From: Seison nebaliae
Lineage: Eukaryota
Reading direction: 5' to 3'
Assembly: GCA_023231475.1 (NCBI GenBank)
Contig: JALJEE010003011.1
Coordinates: 1 to 13,565, forward strand
Length of the DNA: 13,565 nt
Below the pieces are notes generated by a model, which was not told the origin of the DNA, made no database searches, and saw nothing but the letters and a program-made list of their open reading frames with translations. Shown here one piece after another: positions 8,135-13,565 of this stretch. Positions within the stretch are counted from its first letter, which is position 1, and every line of letters starts with the position of its first letter. Made by a program: the position numbers and the translations under genes.

Positions 8135-9326
8135 GCTCAATTCACTGATTCTTTCTCACATTAATATTCACCAATTGGATTTTCAAATATATCCTCTTAA
8201 CAAACAACAACGACAGGAAAGTTTTGTTAAGCGGCGCATAATTGTGTGGGATAAGTTTTGGCTGTGAGTGAGTTTGCTTTCTAACAAATATTGATTTGGC
8301 TGTCAATGAATGGAAGAAGGATTTGTGGGAAAAGTATCGGAATGAAAGAACCGGACTATGAGGATTGAAGAAATGATGAATAAGAAATTGGAGTGAAATG
8401 ATGGAGGAAAGACAATTATTCTATATTGGAAATCGAATGATTACAGTTACTTAAAGATTCGATGCATCACTTATCTCGAGTCGATAAAGAACATTCGACG
8501 AAGAAAAGACATCTGTAGGAATGGGAAAGCGAAAGAAGTACTCGTCTATAATGTTGAGAGATCATGATGGTAGGAATGCATTTGCATTAATGATAAACAA
8601 TAGCTGCTCCAAAGGGACATGGGACAACAAACTATATTTCCCTCCGATAACACGAAAATACAATTCTTCTTTTCACACTCACTCACAGACGAAACATTGT
8701 GGAAATGAAAGAAATGTGGATAATATCGACAACGAGAATATTCATGATGGAAATGACAACAAACTGAGGAGAAAGTGGAAGTTACTTTTATTCTTCTTCT
8801 CGCTCCCTCCTCCACTTATAGACCTCGCTACCTTTTCATATTGAATCGTTACCAATTTTTTGCTTATCTACTCCGCACATTGTGTCCATCACCTCGAATC
8901 TAGATAAACAAATGACGATTATTATAAGAAATTCCAAATCATCACATACTACCCAATTCGCCCTCCTAGATTACATTCTTGAAGAATTAATGTTTGCTGA
9001 GACTACTAAAAGTTTTAACGAAAAAAATTAATTAAATTAAATTTTGATGAGAATTCTTTATTTTGAAAGGAAGACAAAAATATGGGAAAAGCATCGACAC
9101 ATCACATTCTTTTGAAGAAAAATTCGCATGTTAATAAGAGGAGAAATTCAGCCGATTTCGTAAAATTAATACGTTCGAACTCGCTACTCGATGAAATGAG
9201 ATTATATGAGAGATGATTATGTAATAAGATTGTTCGCCATAATGAGTTAAGTACGATTCGAATTGGTTAAAACAATCTGCTTTTCATTCATCATTCACCT
9301 ATGATGCATATTCATTAAACTTTCAA

Positions 9327-9376
9327 CCACTACCAACTACTACTACCAATTACTACTACCAACTACTACTACTCCG
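9327..9376. repeat. Three tandem copies of a roughly 13-nt unit ACCAAYTACTACT(ACT)
   Basis: Direct reading gives accactaccaactactactaccaattactactaccaactactactactcc. Confidence 0.7.
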
Positions 9377-10568
9377 CATAAATCCTTAAGAACTTTCCAC
9401 TGTATGATATGAGGAACTGTCACTGATATTAACATCTGCAATTTATTCACATAAGATCTGGAAATGATGCATCAATAAATTATCATATTGCACAATATGA
9501 TTCCATTCGACTTGTGGAGGATATGGAAGAAGAAGGGAAATTTGTTTGAAAAATATTCGATTTCTATTATTACCATCCTCATAAATGATATAGATATATT
9601 GAGATGATGGAAGGTATTCGAGCGATTTTATTACATCATCTTTCATTAACTATCAAGGTTGGGAAGTTATTCTTCTTTAAATAAATCAGCGAAACATATC
9701 ATCATCGGAATAGGCATGAGAGAACGTTCGGAATTTAACAAAACTAATGCCGCATAAGAGGAGAAATGTCTGAAGGAAATTACATGAGAGAAGGTTGATC
9801 ATGGAACTGAAATTCCATATCAACATCAATTCATATCAAAAAAAGATTTAGATGTTAACATGAAATAGTGAATCAATAATTTCTATTTCGTTCATTTCCC
9901 TCCTAATAAGAATGCCTGAGAGATAATCTATCGAGAACTCATGATCATGCTGAATGATATACGTACTATATCAGATATAGTGAAAGGAAGATATTTGTGC
10001 TCTCTCCAACCAATTCTTTTCGATTGTACTTCAAACAATCATTGACTCATCACAACTAATAATCATATTAATTCATCAAAGTTCAATTCCATAACAATTC
10101 TCCCAATTGTGTTTGAGTCGTTGTAGAATTGTCATTGCCCTTTCGAACTGATACAACCAATATCGATAGTTGACAACTAATCATTCCATCTGCGCGATAT
10201 CCCGGAAAAACTTCATAATTTTTCTCCTTCATATTCGGATGGTCGAAATTGGGAGATTAGGCATTACCTACCATACGAGTTTGACATGACTTTTAAGGAA
10301 AAATTAATGAACGAATTCATCGTTGCTCATGCACAATTTCTCCCAATGATGGAGTGACAGGTAAAAATTTTGAAGAATGAGGGAAAATTATTGTTTCGGA
10401 AACTGCCACTTCCTATCGATCAATCCAACTCACAAGAATAATATTAATCGTCATTTCAATTGGAAAGTTTTGGGAGAATAAACTCATTTGTTTAGAGACA
10501 AAGCAAAGCACATTTTCCTGGAGAGTTATCAAGAGAAATTTTAAAGAGAACCATTTTCCTTATTAAAA

Positions 10569-10768
10569 ATGACTTTCGTCCTACTACTCCAAAGAAGGAT
10601 GTCGATTATTGTTATTTTATTGGTAAGTAGCACAACCTACAATTAGACTTCTGGTATTGTAATTTGAAGGAAAAAATTATTCTCCAACTTCCAACATCCT
10701 TCACCGTTCTTCATTATTATTTATTGTACTTCACATTGCATCGCCAGTGCATAAGAGTAAACGAATAA
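10569..10768 (+). CDS. Speculative tiny two-exon ORF. Exon 1 (10569-10622) encodes MTFVLLLQRRMSIIVILL (signal-peptide-like) and ends at a perfect GTAAGT donor. A 47-nt intron (10623-10669) ends in TTTGAAG. Exon 2 (10670-10765) encodes 32 more residues before TAA at 10766-10768.
   Basis: The ATG has upstream A's (ttaaaaATGa), an 18-codon hydrophobic ORF follows, and GTAAGTAG follows immediately. An AG 47 nt downstream restores an open frame of 32 codons. The product of about 50 aa is low-complexity and shows no homology, so this could be chance. Confidence 0.15.
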
Positions 10769-11203
10769 CTATATTATGAATTCTTCCTTTTCTCATGACG
10801 ACCTAGTAAATATCGAATAAACGAAAAACGAGTAGATGTGTTCGCGTACATGTATCAATTAAGCTGCTTAACTTTTCCTTCCAAAATAAATTATGATAAA
10901 ATCGCCATAATTAATAATCATTCTCCTCAACTTACATGTAGCTGTTACATATCATTGTAAGATGGATGTTCTTCCCTCCCTCAAACTAAACGAGTTATCT
11001 GTCAATGAATATTTAACAATTTCTTCTAACGATTGACAATAAAAAGACAAATCACTTCGAATTCATTCGGATGAAATTTTATAAGAAATTAAAGTAGCAA
11101 ATAAATTTCCAATTTAAAGTTTTAATTCTTTCTTCATCACTATTTACTTCGATTCTTCCACTTTCAAATAGAATGTGCATTTTAAGAAGAAAAGTTTTAC
11201 GAG

Positions 11204-11209
11204 TTTATT
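11204..11209 (-). promoter_or_regulatory. Putative polyadenylation signal AATAAA for the EFHC-like gene, about 59 nt downstream of its stop codon
   Basis: The + strand reads TTTATT at 11204-11209, which is AATAAA on the minus strand. The gene's stop TAG is at 11268-11270. Confidence 0.4.
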
Positions 11210-11267
11210 ATATGAAAAATTCAATTGAGTAATGCTCAATCTTTCAGATAAATGTTTCAAATGTTTT

Positions 11268-13565
11268 CTATTTTCGATTTTGATATTTCTTGTCATCCGG
11301 ATCGACGTCAGCCAGAGGCAGATGTAGACGTTTCGTTGCGAAGAGATCGTTAAGGAATCGTCGATAATTAACTGCTAATCCCGATTGTTCGCAGTAAATA
11401 CTGTCACATTTCTCTTCTTTCGTCTCCAAAATATTTCTACCTTGGAGCATTTCATCGATAGCCGAATAATCAGCATTAAGAGATGATACAGCATATGTCT
11501 TCCAATTAAACGATCGAAGTATATCGAAATAATCGATAGCATCATTCTCTCGTTTCATAAAGTTTAAGAATTTATCAATCAACGGAATGGGAAGAAGACA
11601 ATGAGTAGAGATGATAGCATTTCTCACCTCCTCGAACGGTAGTCGTCCTATCATCAAATGGTCTCGATGTAAGAAGTTGAGTTTAAGTTCCTCTAACGAA
11701 TCATAATTTTGTTGTTTCAATTGTCTCTGTACTTCAATAATGATTTCACGACCATTTAATGGAATGTGATCGACATAACGATAATGTCGTGCTAACGTAT
11801 CGATCTCTTGTTGAGTGATGGTGGGAATGAATCTCTCTAATAAACATCGGAATGATCGATACGTCACATAGCCGGAACATGTAATGTCACATTCGTGAAA
11901 AATGGAAGTAAATTTATCTCTTCGCTGATTGAGTGGCTGGAGATGCATACGTCCCAATATAGTAGGCACATGAGATAACGGAAATTTCAATTCCTCTAAA
12001 ATATCATAAGTTTTCTCATCCGCATCGAAAATCTTATAAGGGATTCCTCTCAGATTAATCTCATTGCCAATTATTATATCTGCTAATGTTATGTATCGTT
12101 TTATGATAGGCAATCGATATCGATCACGGTTCAAATGTTTCGCTGTGTCAAAGCCAGAGAATGACTTCTTATCTGGTATCTCTATCACACTAATCGTATG
12201 ATCTTTCGGATAATAATTCAAAATGAATCTCTTCTCAGCATCCGATTTCTCCACCGGATCTACTAATCGAATACGATATCGTAATGATTCCGTTTCATAT
12301 TTATCCTGCAACTCATCCAAATATAATCGATCGAACGTGTAACGATTCATTAATTGGAGATTAGGATTCTTGTGAGTTGTGAAATCTTCGTCATCCGAAT
12401 CGCCGAATTGAGGCTCTTTCACCCAACCGAATTTTATCAATTCGTCTGGATCGACATCTTTATACATGGCTTTATAAGCATTCATTCTCACATAACGATT
12501 ACATCCCACCGTTTTATCTTTCTTACTCTTCTTCACTTTCCTCCTCATTACTTGCAATCCACCATTTCCATCTTCAACTTCAATCACTTGTTCTTCGTCC
12601 TCTTCTTCCGATGACGACGATGAAGATGATGATGAATTTGATGAAGATGATGATTGTTGAATATGTTTCATTCTCATCAAATTTCGTTTCATTATTCGCT
12701 TCTCATATCGTTTCGCCCTCTCCTTCTTCTTCTTTTCTCTTTCACGTTTCTCACGTCGTTTCTTCTCCTCTACCGTCTCATCAGCATTAATCATCAATTT
12801 CCTTTCTTCTTCCTCCAGACGTTCACGTCTCTCCTTCTCCTTTTCACGTCTCAAATACTTCTCAGGATTAGCAGCACGTCTACGATTACGTTTCTCATCT
12901 TTAATACGTTTCCGTTCATCTTTCTGTCTCTGGTGGACTAAACGGTCATAATCTACCGGTTCCATATCGTTGATTCCGTATTTAGTCAAATAGAAGTTTC
13001 TCGTAAACTGATCACAGTCAACTAGAAGGAATGGTCGATTATAAACATAAATCAATTCGCCAATCATTAGATCTTTGTCTTCATAATAATTAATAGGATC
13101 ATAACCGACGTTCAAATTATCGAACAGAAATCGACTAACGTTCGAACCGCCAAACGCGTTTAAGACACTTTTCGATGTCTCCTTTCCTGGTTGAGGAACG
13201 GGAAGAACATCTTTTGGTAATGGTTGTCTCTTAACAAATAATGTTGTTTCCGCCCGTCCACTATTGATGGGGAGGAGTTCACGAATTTCAATACTTTTAT
13301 CTGATAAGAAATAAAGTAGAATAAATCGTCGGACATCACCAAACATCGACTCACTGTCATCCCAGACAGCCCAAAATTTCAAGACTTGACGATCATATTT
13401 CAAGAACGGTGCCAATTTATCGAACGAATGATAAGGACGTAACGGTTGTGCAATGTCGTCCATGTAATGTACTCGATATTTGACATATTCGTCAATGGGA
13501 AGATTCGATTCATCCATATTCTCCTTCATCTCAACACCATATTCTCGATGAAGATGGTCGCGAGT
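11268..13565 (-). CDS. EFHC1: EF-hand domain-containing protein of the EFHC1/EFHC2 (myoclonin) family, which are DM10-domain ciliary/axonemal microtubule-associated proteins. It is 5'-partial: the reading frame is open to the window end, and the first DM10 domain and true start lie beyond 13565. This window holds DM10 domains 2 and 3, a degenerate EF-hand, a roughly 140-aa charged/poly-Ser/acidic insertion, and a roughly 150-aa C-terminal extension.
   Basis: This is an uninterrupted 753-codon ORF plus 12 further open codons to the edge. Several segments align, from memory, with human EFHC1. HSFDKLAPFLKYDRQVLKFWAVWDDSESMFGDVRRFILLYFLSDKSIEIRELLPINSGRAETTLFVKRQPLPK matches [52 protein letters not shown]...NRQRVPK. 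LIYVYNRPFLLVDCDQFTRNFY matches ILGRTFFIYDCDPFTRRYY. RFILNYYPKDHTISVIEIPDKKSFSGFD matches [28 protein letters not shown] (DM10-3). FHECDITCSGYVTYRSF is an EF-hand-like loop. The stop TAG at 11268-11270 was verified. Confidence 0.85.
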   Translation of the reverse strand, partial: TRDHLHREYGVEMKENMDESNLPIDEYVKYRVHYMDDIAQPLRPYHSFDKLAPFLKYDRQVLKFWAVWDDSESMFGDVRRFILLYFLSDKSIEIRELLPINSGRAETTLFVKRQPLPKDVLPVPQPGKETSKSVLNAFGGSNVSRFLFDNLNVGYDPINYYEDKDLMIGELIYVYNRPFLLVDCDQFTRNFYLTKYGINDMEPVDYDRLVHQRQKDERKRIKDEKRNRRRAANPEKYLRREKEKERRERLEEEERKLMINADETVEEKKRREKREREKKKKERAKRYEKRIMKRNLMRMKHIQQSSSSSNSSSSSSSSSEEEDEEQVIEVEDGNGGLQVMRRKVKKSKKDKTVGCNRYVRMNAYKAMYKDVDPDELIKFGWVKEPQFGDSDDEDFTTHKNPNLQLMNRYTFDRLYLDELQDKYETESLRYRIRLVDPVEKSDAEKRFILNYYPKDHTISVIEIPDKKSFSGFDTAKHLNRDRYRLPIIKRYITLADIIIGNEINLRGIPYKIFDADEKTYDILEELKFPLSHVPTILGRMHLQPLNQRRDKFTSIFHECDITCSGYVTYRSFRCLLERFIPTITQQEIDTLARHYRYVDHIPLNGREIIIEVQRQLKQQNYDSLEELKLNFLHRDHLMIGRLPFEEVRNAIISTHCLLPIPLIDKFLNFMKRENDAIDYFDILRSFNWKTYAVSSLNADYSAIDEMLQGRNILETKEEKCDSIYCEQSGLAVNYRRFLNDLFATKRLHLPLADVDPDDKKYQNRK

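Noticed and set aside
8521-8844. Overlapping + ORF 8521-8844 and - ORF 8546-8815 (about 100 aa each)
   Set aside because: They are mutually overlapping ORFs on opposite strands in a low-stop-density region. Neither translation looks protein-like or has recognisable motifs, so this is most likely non-coding.
9134-9770. 14-nt direct repeat ATAAGAGGAGAAAT at about 9134 and about 9757
   Set aside because: A single exact 14-mer pair in 13.6 kb of AT/purine-biased DNA is within chance expectation, and the flanks do not extend the similarity.
12354-12941. + strand ORFs 12354-12614 and 12654-12941 (86 and 95 aa, Phe/Leu/Ser-rich)
   Set aside because: They lie antisense to the charged low-complexity insertion of the EFHC-like gene. 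The K/E/R codon runs on the sense strand give stop-free F/L/S runs on the antisense strand, so these are compositional artefacts.
13160-13360. Minus-strand ORF 13160-13360 (66 aa) nested in the EFHC locus
   Set aside because: It is in a different frame of the same strand inside the well-supported EFHC CDS and has no independent signal.
1-13565. Interpreting the window as a prokaryotic or phage accessory island (defence system, CRISPR, operon)
   Set aside because: There are no CRISPR-like regular repeats, no ribosome-binding-site or operon organisation, and the long ORFs are separated by gaps that have spliceosomal GT...AG signatures. An intron-containing tRNA-Tyr, AATAAA signals, a ciliary EFHC/DM10 gene and an FReD exon all point to a eukaryotic (metazoan-like) nuclear genome.

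Overview
Eukaryotic, AT-rich nuclear DNA, most likely an invertebrate with very short introns (nematode- or rotifer-like). The minus strand carries two protein-coding loci. At 11268..13565 there is an EFHC1/EFHC2-family gene (DM10 domains plus EF-hand) that is partial and runs off the window end. It carries a large lineage-specific charged/poly-Ser insertion and a C-terminal extension. At 2218..6673 there are four collinear ORF blocks that together look like one orphan single-pass membrane glycoprotein gene. It has a signal-peptide-like start, one predicted transmembrane helix, a long Ser/Asn-rich cytoplasmic tail, and at least one frame-consistent 44-nt intron. A 4.6-kb region separates the two loci. 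It contains no long ORF but has extreme strand-compositional bias, microsatellites, and a possible tiny secreted-peptide gene with a textbook GTAAGT donor. The left end (1..2200) looks like a decayed area. It holds the tail of a coiled-coil ORF, a truncated fibrinogen-related-domain (FReD) exon or pseudogene, and a 3'-truncated intron-containing tRNA-Tyr(GTA) fragment whose truncation junction is tandemly duplicated. There are no prokaryotic hallmarks (operons, Shine-Dalgarno sites, CRISPR), so this was not read as a bacterial defence or accessory island. The ORF track uses alternative starts (TTG/GTG), so several listed 'M' starts are not ATG.
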